Shown here one piece after another: positions 1 to 7,624 of a stretch of 64,000 nucleotides of DNA. The stretch spans positions 1-64,000 of the IMG/VR virus record IMGVR_UViG_3300044267_003893. One strand, given 5' to 3'. The notes beneath the pieces are model-generated. The model had not been told where the DNA came from. It did no database searches and was given only the letters and a program-made list of their open reading frames with translations. The position numbers and the translations under genes are program-made. Numbering within the stretch: the stretch's first letter is position 1; every line of letters begins with the position of its first letter. This stretch comes from a virus. Taxonomy: Duplodnaviria; Caudoviricetes.

Positions 1-1642
1 CAGTTCCATTATCATTAGTTAACTTAAATGAATTATGTAACGTTTGAAAGGCCACTTCTTCTGGAGGAGTTTGTGCTCCACCCACTTCAAAGTAAAATAT
101 TTTTACCGGTTTATCTGTCTCTAACCAAATAGGAAAAGTTTGTTCATATTCTCCTGGACCCATTGTGAATGTCCATTGATTATCACCCTGTACAACTCCT
201 AAGAATGAATTACCCCAACCATCAGCAGCTGCATCTCCTATCCACAGTTCATAGTTACAATTAGGATATATATCCATTGCTGTTGCATTCTCATCATAGT
301 TAAATGCATTTTCATTTATACAACCATATACATGTTCTGTAATACATGAGCCGTCATCTATAACAGCTTCTGGATTAAATTCTTGATATGCTGCATCAGT
401 ACATCCTGCAACATTATCTGTCTCACATATAATAGCTTGTTGCCATCCTGAATAAGCTACACTACCAAAACCAACACCAACATTTTCTTGTGCTGCATTT
501 AACCAAGTTCCAGAAGATAATTGAGTTATTGTATCTCCATTACAACCTCTAATAAGAACATCTCCATCTAAAGTTCCACCTGTAGTTGAACCAGCTAAAC
601 CATCACCATATGTATCTGATATAATAAATTCAAATCCAGCTTCCATTACACAGTAAGAATATGAAAATGTTTGACCTATATCTTGATAATCATAATCTCC
701 ATCAATATGTTCATCTATTACACCACCACTAATTAATGACCAACCTGTTTCACTTGGCCAATTGTCTAATGTTATATCTACTGTTATAGAAGTATATCCC
801 ACATCACATGCTTGACCTCCACAGGATCCATCATCTACTGTAGCCCATGGATTATAATTAGGAGCATCATCATCTGTACATCCTTGTGTACATGGGTATG
901 GTGTATAGGTTAAAGTATCTGACATAGTACTATCAGCAAACATTGCTTGGAATGAATATTCCTCTTCCCAATTAGGAGGCATTTGACCGTTACCAGTATA
1001 AACACCCCATATACCATTATTTATATTAACATCAAAGTTGTAAGAGTTAGTGTTTTCACCACTATAAGTTATTTGAATTACATTACAATTAGGATTATCT
1101 GAGGCTTCCCAATTCCAATAAAGAAGTGCTTGACCACCATCACATATTTGATCTACAAAGGGTTCACCCCATCCTTCACATGGTGGATATTCACATAAAG
1201 ACTGATCATTTACATCAGCATCTGGATTATAATTTGTTGCGTTTTCATCCATACAATCAATTACTGCAGGCTCTGGAGGAGCACAGGGAGCAATTGTAAG
1301 AGACTCAATTAAACCTAAACCGTAATTACCTGATGCATAAAATAAAGTATCTTGACACTCGTTAGATATTAAACAATAACCATCAGTTGGCCATGATAAA
1401 CCATCACCCCATGAATCCATTAATTCAAAAGTATAATCCCCTGAATCTAATTCTATAAATTGATAAGCGTTAGGTTGTTGACTTTCATAATAACCTTCTG
1501 GTACAGATACTGTATCTTCAGCATTATATAAACTCCATGATACTTCTTCTGCATAATTGTCAAATTGAAATTGTATTTCTACCCAACTATTTTGTGAAAT
1601 TACCAGTAAGGGTAACAGAAATAAGAATATTAGTTTTTTCAT
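1..1642 (-). CDS. Secreted-type acidic repeat protein (partial, runs off the left edge): signal peptide, repeated D-x-(W/Y)-G-D-G beta-domains and GCTD Cys repeats
   Basis: Not in the ORF track; translated by hand. ATG at 1642 gives MKKLIFLFLLPLLVISQNSWVEIQFQFDNYAEE... and the frame stays open to position 1 (...EVAFQTLHNSFKLTNDNGT). Motifs: FELMDSWGDG, FIISDTYGDG, GCTDDDAPNYNPWATVDDGSC, GCTDAAYQEFNPEAVIDDGSC. Confidence 0.85.
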   Translation of the reverse strand, partial: MKKLIFLFLLPLLVISQNSWVEIQFQFDNYAEEVSWSLYNAEDTVSVPEGYYESQQPNAYQFIELDSGDYTFELMDSWGDGLSWPTDGYCLISNECQDTLFYASGNYGLGLIESLTIAPCAPPEPAVIDCMDENATNYNPDADVNDQSLCEYPPCEGWGEPFVDQICDGGQALLYWNWEASDNPNCNVIQITYSGENTNSYNFDVNINNGIWGVYTGNGQMPPNWEEEYSFQAMFADSTMSDTLTYTPYPCTQGCTDDDAPNYNPWATVDDGSCGGQACDVGYTSITVDITLDNWPSETGWSLISGGVIDEHIDGDYDYQDIGQTFSYSYCVMEAGFEFIISDTYGDGLAGSTTGGTLDGDVLIRGCNGDTITQLSSGTWLNAAQENVGVGFGSVAYSGWQQAIICETDNVAGCTDAAYQEFNPEAVIDDGSCITEHVYGCINENAFNYDENATAMDIYPNCNYELWIGDAAADGWGNSFLGVVQGDNQWTFTMGPGEYEQTFPIWLETDKPVKIFYFEVGGAQTPPEEVAFQTLHNSFKLTNDNGT

Positions 1643-1644
1643 AT

Positions 1645-2046
1645 TTATACATTTTCTTTACATTCCCAGTGAGAAAACTCAATTGATCCTTTGCTACCAC
1701 TAGAAAGATTAGTAGCCCAAAGATCATATCCTTTTTTAAGTCTGTAAAACATTGATTCACTAGGTCCTAAAGCTCCAAATACATTACCTTTAGAACCACC
1801 ACTAGAAGCTTCATGTAAATTAAAGCCTGTAGTACCGTTATTTTTAATAACTACCATTGCATCATTAGAACCTGAATATCCTTGTTTAATAATTCTAGCA
1901 TCTGATCCGGCATTTATATATTTTATTCCTTTTGAAACGGCAGGTGCCTGAACAGTTATAGACATATGTTCAGTTATATGTGTAGGATCTGGAGTTACAC
2001 CATCTTCATTTATAATAATTTGTATATTTAATTTTGAATCAGCCAT
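1645..2046 (-). CDS. Small beta-rich putative virion protein, divergent member of the 7-gene paralog family
   Basis: 133 aa. Shares the VIKN...LGPSES.FY...IEFSHW pattern with its neighbours. Confidence 0.7.
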   Translation of the reverse strand: MADSKLNIQIIINEDGVTPDPTHITEHMSITVQAPAVSKGIKYINAGSDARIIKQGYSGSNDAMVVIKNNGTTGFNLHEASSGGSKGNVFGALGPSESMFYRLKKGYDLWATNLSSGSKGSIEFSHWECKENV

Positions 2047-2047
2047 G

Positions 2048-2548
2048 TTAATATCCTCCTGTAGTTGTTGAACTATTATTATTCATTTTGTTTGGTCCAC
2101 CTATATTTTTTCTACTAAATACTGCATAGTCTACTACTGTATTTACACCACTATTATTATAAATATTAATATTTCTACCTACATCTGTTCCTGATGCAAT
2201 AGGAGAAGCAGCATTTATCCATGTCCACTCTCCTGCATAAAGTCTTTGATTTACTATAGTTCCACCACTACCAGAATGTTCAGCGGCTTCAATATATTGT
2301 CTTACTTCAATATAACAACTAACATCTGTACTTGTATTTTTTATATAAGCAAAAGTTCCTTTTTCATTATAAGGAGGATCTGTTTCAGCATTATTTCTTC
2401 CTACTAAACTATATGATTCTCCAACAATTAGTTTATAGGATCCAGTTTCTACAATGTCACCCACTTCTAATGTCATAGAATTAGAAATGTTTATACCACC
2501 ATAAGTATCTGCATCATTCAGACTTATATTTACTTGTATTTGTCCCAT
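2048..2548 (-). CDS. Small beta-rich putative virion protein, paralog family
   Basis: 166 aa. AYIKNTST...RLYAGEWTWI...VDYAVFS. Confidence 0.75.
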   Translation of the reverse strand: MGQIQVNISLNDADTYGGINISNSMTLEVGDIVETGSYKLIVGESYSLVGRNNAETDPPYNEKGTFAYIKNTSTDVSCYIEVRQYIEAAEHSGSGGTIVNQRLYAGEWTWINAASPIASGTDVGRNINIYNNSGVNTVVDYAVFSRKNIGGPNKMNNNSSTTTGGY

Positions 2549-2553
2549 AACTA

Positions 2554-2922
2554 TTATCTGTACACATCTAATGTAAAGTATCCAAATTCTACTTTACACT
2601 GTGCAGTATCTGCTCTTAGTGCACATGCTTTTGAACTATCAACACAGAAAAAACTAACCTCTCCTGGACCAACTCTTAAAAGAGCAGTACTTGCTAGCTT
2701 AATGCTAACATAATTAGTTACATCTTTATTATACACATATACATATGCTGCTTCACCAGCAGCTGGAGTTACTACAGCTGTATCACCACCTGTTGCAACA
2801 TCTGCAGTTTGAACTTGAATAGCAGGATTTTTTACAGATAATAATTTAGTTAAATCAAAAGTAAATATTTCTGAAGAAACACTACTAGTACTTAAAGCTA
2901 TTTGTGCTTTTAATTGAGCCAT
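2554..2922 (-). CDS. Small beta-rich putative virion protein, paralog family
   Basis: 122 aa. MAQLKAQ...KNPAIQ...YVYNKDVTN...RVGPGEVSFF...VEFGYF. Confidence 0.8.
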   Translation of the reverse strand: MAQLKAQIALSTSSVSSEIFTFDLTKLLSVKNPAIQVQTADVATGGDTAVVTPAAGEAAYVYVYNKDVTNYVSIKLASTALLRVGPGEVSFFCVDSSKACALRADTAQCKVEFGYFTLDVYR

Positions 2923-2939
2923 ATCTTAAAATTTACTTA

Positions 2940-3311
2940 TTAATATTTATCTAATGTCCAATATCCGTATTCTATCTTTACTGTTCCAGTACTTGCTGTT
3001 CCTTTTACAGCTATTCCATCATGAACGCACATAAAAAGCACTTCACCTGGTCCAACCTTTAAAGTACTTGTACTACCAAATGTAACAACTAAGAAATTGG
3101 TTGCATCTGTATTTTTTATATACATATACATACCGTCAGTAGCTGTTGCTCCAGCAGGAGCAGTAGCTAAAGTAGCAATAGTTGAAACAGATAAAGTACC
3201 AGTTTGAATAGCAGGGTTCTTAACGTTTGCAATTTTAGAGCTAGTAAAACTTACTCTATCTCTTGCAACACCAGAAGTTGAAAGTTGTAATATACTTGTT
3301 AAAGTTGCCAT
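2940..3311 (-). CDS. Small beta-rich putative virion protein, paralog family
   Basis: 123 aa. MATLTS...KNPAIQ...YIKNTDATN...KVGPGEVLFM...IEYGYW. Confidence 0.8.
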   Translation of the reverse strand: MATLTSILQLSTSGVARDRVSFTSSKIANVKNPAIQTGTLSVSTIATLATAPAGATATDGMYMYIKNTDATNFLVVTFGSTSTLKVGPGEVLFMCVHDGIAVKGTASTGTVKIEYGYWTLDKY

Positions 3312-3332
3312 ATTCTTTTACTTATTTATTAA

Positions 3333-3428
3333 TTAACACTTATCTTTACAGCATGTTTTACCACACCATTTTAAACATATAGTATAGAAACTCACTATAC
3401 ATAATAATTTACATAAAAATCTTTTCAT
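3333..3428 (-). CDS. 31-aa Cys-rich peptide (7 Cys), not in the ORF track
   Basis: MKRFLCKLLCIVSFYTICLKWCGKTCCKDKC*. ATG (3428) lies 1 nt after the upstream TAA (3430-3432) and the ORF fills most of the intergenic gap. Confidence 0.65.
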   Translation of the reverse strand: MKRFLCKLLCIVSFYTICLKWCGKTCCKDKC

Positions 3429-3429
3429 T

Positions 3430-3753
3430 TTAAAATTTATTTATTATTAATTCATCAATGTATTCCTGTACTTCTTTTTTAGTGGCTTTCATTGTAAATG
3501 ATATATCTGCCTCATATCTTTCATCCTCTTCTCCATCATCTAAAATAAGTATAGTTGGTACAACAGTTATTTCATACTTAGTTTGAGCCTTACTATTTTC
3601 TGCTATATCAATATATTTTATTTCACAATCATTTAATTCATCTACCCATTTAACGTCATTAGATGAGTTCCATCCGGCATTAAAATGTATTACTTCTACT
3701 TGTGCACTAACTATGCCTGCAAGTAGCAGAAATATAATCATTAGGTTTTTCAT
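3430..3753 (-). CDS. Signal-peptide-bearing thioredoxin-fold protein lacking CxxC
   Basis: MKNLMIIFLLLAGIVSAQ signal. FNAGWN sits where FxAxWCxxC is expected, and the cis-Pro motif VVPT follows YIDI...KYEI. Confidence 0.7.
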   Translation of the reverse strand: MKNLMIIFLLLAGIVSAQVEVIHFNAGWNSSNDVKWVDELNDCEIKYIDIAENSKAQTKYEITVVPTILILDDGEEDERYEADISFTMKATKKEVQEYIDELIINKF

Positions 3754-4034
3754 TTCAAGTTGTCTATTTTTTCCTCAATCCTATCCAGATCATCTTTTAT
3801 TTCTTCAACATCTTCCTGAGTATTCTCAATAGTAAGACGTATGTTTTTATCCTTCATATCAAACTCCATTCTTGTTACATCTGGTTCAGGTGGAATAGGA
3901 AGTTTTTTAGCTTCATCTATATCAGCTTGTAACATAAACCACATGCTGATAACTGTTGCCATTGCAAATCCAATTCCCACTAAGGTCTTTATACTAACCT
4001 TAAAACCTGAGTCTTCATTTAATTCCTTTGCCAT
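3750..4034 (-). CDS. Membrane-anchored coiled-coil protein (possible lysis or envelope protein)
   Basis: 94 aa. One hydrophobic helix (LVGIGFAMATVISMWFML) and a C-terminal heptad coil. ATGA overlap with the next gene. Confidence 0.6.
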   Translation of the reverse strand: MAKELNEDSGFKVSIKTLVGIGFAMATVISMWFMLQADIDEAKKLPIPPEPDVTRMEFDMKDKNIRLTIENTQEDVEEIKDDLDRIEEKIDNLK

Positions 4035-4037
4035 AAT

Positions 4038-4409
4038 CTATGCTGCTGAGAATATTCCTACTTCCAAAACAGGATCATCACCTCCAGCTGTAGAAAATGC
4101 TTTCATATCAACTGCTGCTTTCCATGGGAAAAATGCCCATTCTCCACCACCTAATACTATTTCAGTTACTCCAGCAGATAGTTCTATATTTATATTTTCT
4201 GTACCTCTATTTTTTAAATAGATCATAGTACCCTCTGCATAATAAGTTTGCTCTACAATAGTTTCACCAGCAGTAGCAGTATCAGTAATAGTTCTACTTG
4301 TTATACCACCAGCTAATACTGTTTTAGTTTGAGATAAACCTGTGAATGAAATTGCATCAGAAGTTATTCCTGAAACACTTAAATCTAATTTTGCCGTTAA
4401 CGTTGCCAT
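4038..4409 (-). CDS. Small beta-rich putative virion protein, paralog family
   Basis: 123 aa. MATLTA...AGGITSR...YLKNR...LGGGEWAFFPWKAA...LEVGIFSAA. Confidence 0.8.
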   Translation of the reverse strand: MATLTAKLDLSVSGITSDAISFTGLSQTKTVLAGGITSRTITDTATAGETIVEQTYYAEGTMIYLKNRGTENINIELSAGVTEIVLGGGEWAFFPWKAAVDMKAFSTAGGDDPVLEVGIFSAA

Positions 4410-4437
4410 ATTATTATTATTTTTTAATTATTTAAAT

Positions 4438-4812
4438 TTATGCTGCTGAAAATACGCCAACTTCCAATATAGGAGCTTCATGTGTATTTGTTGCGTAACA
4501 AAGTAAATCTGTTGCTGCTTTCCAAGGAAACAATGCAAATTGTCCAGGTCCTAGAACTAAAGCATCAGTACCAGAAGTTATTTCTATTGTACAAGTTTCT
4601 GAAGTACTTCTATTTTTTAACCATACAATAGTACCAGATGCATAATAATCTGATTCAATAATGCTTTCTCCAGGAGTAGCTGTATCATTTATAGATCTAC
4701 TAGTAATACCTCCTGCTACAACAGTAGGAGTCATAGAAACTAAACCTGTAGCTATATCATCAGCTGTTAATCCTGATACTGTTAAACCTACTTGTGCTGT
4801 TAAAGTTGCCAT
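4438..4812 (-). CDS. Small beta-rich putative virion protein, paralog family
   Basis: 124 aa. Clear paralog of 4038-4409 (AGGITSR, FPWKAA, LEVGVFSAA). Confidence 0.8.
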   Translation of the reverse strand: MATLTAQVGLTVSGLTADDIATGLVSMTPTVVAGGITSRSINDTATPGESIIESDYYASGTIVWLKNRSTSETCTIEITSGTDALVLGPGQFALFPWKAATDLLCYATNTHEAPILEVGVFSAA

Positions 4813-4830
4813 ATCTTATATTTTTATTTA

Positions 4831-5238
4831 TTATTCAAAAATTAACATCCATTCAACTTGTGTAGTTGCAGATGTACATTTTACATTTATATCTTCAGTT
4901 CCTTGCCAAGGTAAAAAAGCCCAATCATCTGGATCTAAAAAACCTAAGCTTTTAGATCCTCCAATAGTACCAAGAGTTATTTCTACTTGTGTAGAAGAAC
5001 CGGTATCTGTATTCTTTATATATAACTTATGAGCTTTTGTATCTGTATAACTAGCAGCTGCTAATAGTTGAGTTTCTGTTGCTGCTGCAAATGTTTTTCT
5101 AGCTAAACCAGTTGTATCTTCTAAACCATCTGTAGTTCCTAATTTAGTTAATGTTGCTGTATCATCAATAGCTAATACAGAAGTTAACAAACTTCCTGCT
5201 GCACTATCTAATTTTAATTGAGCTGTAATTGTTGCCAT
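4831..5238 (-). CDS. Small beta-rich putative virion protein, paralog family
   Basis: 135 aa. MATITAQ...LYIKNTDT...FLDPDDWAFLPW...VEWMLIFE. Confidence 0.8.
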   Translation of the reverse strand: MATITAQLKLDSAAGSLLTSVLAIDDTATLTKLGTTDGLEDTTGLARKTFAAATETQLLAAASYTDTKAHKLYIKNTDTGSSTQVEITLGTIGGSKSLGFLDPDDWAFLPWQGTEDINVKCTSATTQVEWMLIFE

Positions 5239-5247
5239 ATCTTAAAT

Positions 5248-5727
5248 TTATTTTCCAGTTCTTTTCTTAGTTATATCAATAGGTTTTTGTCTACCTTGAT
5301 TGATTGTTTTTTCTTTTTGTAGTTGGATTTGATTTAAGTTTATTTGTTTTTTAAGCTGTACATTCTCAGCTAAAACTCCATCAACAGCACCTGCAATTTT
5401 TTCAGCTTTTTGTTGATTCATAGCTTCTTGCCTCATGGCTGCTGCTCTTTTTGCAGCTATCATTGTTTGTTCTCTTTTAAGAAGTTGTGCTCCCATCATA
5501 ACTTCTTGTGGAGTATACTTTGCACCATATGCTTTTTGTGCAAGTTGTTCGTTAGTCATTTGAGTTTGAGGAGTATAACCAGTATTCATATCTCTCATTG
5601 TCTGAGGAACATATCCACTCATATCTCTAGCCATCTGTGGTTTATATCCGCTCATATCTCTACCTGTTTGCGGTTTATATCCACGCATATCTCTAGTTGT
5701 CTGTGGTATGTAAGCTTTCTTAGCCAT
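5248..5727 (-). CDS. Basic, Met/Gln-rich hypothetical protein with N-terminal 11-aa tandem repeats
   Basis: RDM(R/S/N)GY(K/V/T)PQ(T/M) x4 followed by a predicted coiled coil. Confidence 0.7.
   Translation of the reverse strand: MAKKAYIPQTTRDMRGYKPQTGRDMSGYKPQMARDMSGYVPQTMRDMNTGYTPQTQMTNEQLAQKAYGAKYTPQEVMMGAQLLKREQTMIAAKRAAAMRQEAMNQQKAEKIAGAVDGVLAENVQLKKQINLNQIQLQKEKTINQGRQKPIDITKKRTGK
5565..5715 (-). repeat. About 33-nt-period tandem repeat encoding RDMxGYxPQT units
   Basis: Recurring plus-strand blocks atatcc(a/g)ctcatatctct spaced about 33 nt apart. Confidence 0.8.
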
Positions 5728-5728
5728 A

Positions 5729-6037
5729 TCAAACTCTTTTTAATCTATCATTTTCAGCCTCAAGTGATTTAACTCTTTCACGTAGAGTAGCAACTTCAGC
5801 TGTTAAGTCAATTACCTTATCTCGGAGGTCATCTTTTTCTGCTGCACTTGTTCCCAAAAGATCTTCTAATTTACAAACTCTTTGTTCTAAACTATCAACA
5901 TAAGCTCTTTCTCTTTGTTCAGCCATAGACTCTTTATTATAGTTAATATTAAGTTTTGATCTGTAATATCTCCACGCTTCTGCACTAAATAATACTGTCA
6001 GTGCTGTTATAATAACTGTAAAGATGTACTGCTCCAT
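5729..6037 (-). CDS. N-terminal transmembrane plus coiled-coil protein (holin/spanin-like architecture)
   Basis: 102 aa. YIFTVIITALTVLFSA helix, then a long heptad coil. Confidence 0.6.
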   Translation of the reverse strand: MEQYIFTVIITALTVLFSAEAWRYYRSKLNINYNKESMAEQRERAYVDSLEQRVCKLEDLLGTSAAEKDDLRDKVIDLTAEVATLRERVKSLEAENDRLKRV

Positions 6038-6040
6038 ATA

Positions 6041-6052
6041 ATAATATACTAA
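6041..6052 (-). promoter_or_regulatory. Candidate phage late-promoter motif (TTAGTATATTAT)
   Basis: One of six upstream copies of TTWGTAWATTRT, 3 nt before the ATG at 6037. Confidence 0.5.
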
Positions 6053-6056
6053 AAAA

Positions 6057-6953
6057 TTATGAAATTCCGTACTTTACTCCGTAATAAGTGTTTAATTGAT
6101 CTAATTGTACATCACTTAAAGCTTTATCCCATTGTAAAAACTCATATATTCTACCATTAAGTTGGTTAACACTACCTGGTGAACGGCCTAAATCAAAACT
6201 TACTTGTACACTGTTTGTTGTAAGGTCTTTATCTTCTGCACTATAGTCTACAGCAGTCGTGTGTACAAGATTACCATTTTTATAGATTTTTACTTGACGT
6301 ACATCAGCTCCACCAGAACTAGCTTCTCCCATTACAATAGTCCAAGATTCTACACTACCAGTAAATCCAGTACCTGAATCTATATCCATCGCAGCATATG
6401 TAGGCCAATAATGAGCTTGATTATCAGTTGATTCTAAACCAAAAAGAGCTAATCTTCTGGCTGCATTTTGATACCCAAAATAAAAAGTATCATTTGAAGC
6501 TGAAACAGTATCATTCCTTAAAACAATAGATATAGTATGATTCTCATGATTAATAGTTGCTCCACCCATTTTTCCTGTACTAACATTACCAACTGTTATA
6601 AGAGAATGAAGATATTCTCTATTACCAAAAGTTAAAAAACCAGGATCTGTAATAGTTGGAGCTGTCCATACAGGATGTAAAGCAGTGGAAGCATTTGGTT
6701 GTGCAATATATGCATTTAAAGATGTTGAGCTAGCACCATTTCCATCATATGCTTTATTATTTACACTTCTAATTCTTTGTCCATTAGTTGCTGCACCTGA
6801 AAGTGTAGCACTTGTAAATATCGTAGAAGCATCACTCATATCATACCATGCTATAAGATTAGTAGCAGATAGTGATAAAAAAGTGATTCCTGTTGGATTC
6901 TGTTGAACCCTCATAGGAAAAGTATTTTTAAAACTTAAAGATAAACCTTTCAT
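6057..6953 (-). CDS. Concanavalin A/LamG-like lectin-fold protein, likely virion-associated
   Basis: 298 aa. LIAWYDMSDASTI at the start and GRIYEFLQWDKALSDVQLDQLNTYYGVKYGI at the end are typical of LamG-like domains. Confidence 0.7.
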   Translation of the reverse strand: MKGLSLSFKNTFPMRVQQNPTGITFLSLSATNLIAWYDMSDASTIFTSATLSGAATNGQRIRSVNNKAYDGNGASSTSLNAYIAQPNASTALHPVWTAPTITDPGFLTFGNREYLHSLITVGNVSTGKMGGATINHENHTISIVLRNDTVSASNDTFYFGYQNAARRLALFGLESTDNQAHYWPTYAAMDIDSGTGFTGSVESWTIVMGEASSGGADVRQVKIYKNGNLVHTTAVDYSAEDKDLTTNSVQVSFDLGRSPGSVNQLNGRIYEFLQWDKALSDVQLDQLNTYYGVKYGIS

Positions 6954-6954
6954 A

Positions 6955-7311
6955 TTATCTCTTATAAGCTACACATTGACCACTTTTTAAAACAAGTTTA
7001 GAAAGTTGTACAAAAATAGTTGTTCCTGATGCTAGTTTAAGATCTGCATCTAAATCATATTTTGAATGAGAAGTTGTATTAGTAACAAAAGATCTTGCAT
7101 CTGGATCTCCAGTTGTAGTTGTAAAATCTATTACGCAACCATCTGCTCCTACAGCTGTTATTGCATAAAAGTCTCCTTCATTTGCTAAAGTATCGTGTAC
7201 ATAAACAGATGAGCCAGGTATAGTTTGTAGAGTCATTATGTTTCTTAATAGATCTACTGTGGCTTTAGTGTTAAAATCTAGGTTATTTAAACCTGAAGGT
7301 GAATTTGCCAT
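6955..7311 (-). CDS. Small beta-rich hypothetical (probable structural) protein
   Basis: 118 aa. C-terminal LASGTTIFVQLSKLVLKSGQCVAY pattern, recalled from small proteins of aquatic phages. Confidence 0.6.
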   Translation of the reverse strand: MANSPSGLNNLDFNTKATVDLLRNIMTLQTIPGSSVYVHDTLANEGDFYAITAVGADGCVIDFTTTTGDPDARSFVTNTTSHSKYDLDADLKLASGTTIFVQLSKLVLKSGQCVAYKR

Positions 7312-7334
7312 AATGTTTTATTTTATTATATTTG
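7304..7334 (+). promoter_or_regulatory. Bacteroidota primary-sigma-type promoter (TTTG-N19-TATATTTG)
   Basis: TTTG at 7304-7307 and TATATTTG at 7327-7334 match the TTTG-N19-21-TAnnTTTG consensus. It points into the plus-strand nrdJ island. Confidence 0.7.
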
Positions 7335-7341
7335 TATAACT

Positions 7342-7353
7342 ACAATATACAAA
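7342..7353 (-). promoter_or_regulatory. Candidate phage late-promoter motif (TTTGTATATTGT)
   Basis: 30 nt upstream of the ATG at 7311, at the head of the leftward gene cluster. Confidence 0.5.
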
Positions 7354-7381
7354 AAAATATAAGCAATTAAAAATCAATAAT

Positions 7382-7555
7382 ATGAAAAGATATGAAATAG
7401 GTTTTGAACCTCTACCAAAAAGTCCTTTAATTGGGTTATCTATAGAGCAATGTGAAATACAAATTGAAGGTCAAGAATGGAATCCTGCTATTAAAATTCA
7501 AATAGGTTTTTTATTTTTTAAAATTAACTTTGTATACATTAATTTTAACTCATAA
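7382..7555 (+). CDS. 57-aa hypothetical protein, not in the ORF track
   Basis: MKRYEIGFEPLPKSPLIGLSIEQCEIQIEGQEWNPAIKIQIGFLFFKINFVYINFNS*. Lies between the host-type promoter and nrdJ. Confidence 0.55.
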   Translation: MKRYEIGFEPLPKSPLIGLSIEQCEIQIEGQEWNPAIKIQIGFLFFKINFVYINFNS

Positions 7556-7624
7556 ATTTTCACTATATTATTATTACCTACCTCTCGTAGGTGTCATCAT
7601 TTATTAACTATTAAATAACAAAAA

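Noticed and set aside
3404-3415. TATGTAAATTAT, a near match to the candidate late motif
   Set aside because: It lies inside the 31-aa Cys-rich ORF (3333-3428), so it is probably coding coincidence. Not counted.
5248-6037. Calling the 102-aa TM-coil gene a holin or spanin of a lysis cassette
   Set aside because: No adjacent endolysin or lipobox o-spanin was recognised, so only the architecture is reported.
7561-7592. NrdR-box-like CACTATAT and a small hairpin ACCTAC-CTCTC-GTAGGT upstream of nrdJ; possible cobalamin riboswitch
   Set aside because: Only half of the NrdR palindrome matches, and the 69-nt gap is far too short for a riboswitch. A 6-bp stem alone is weak evidence.
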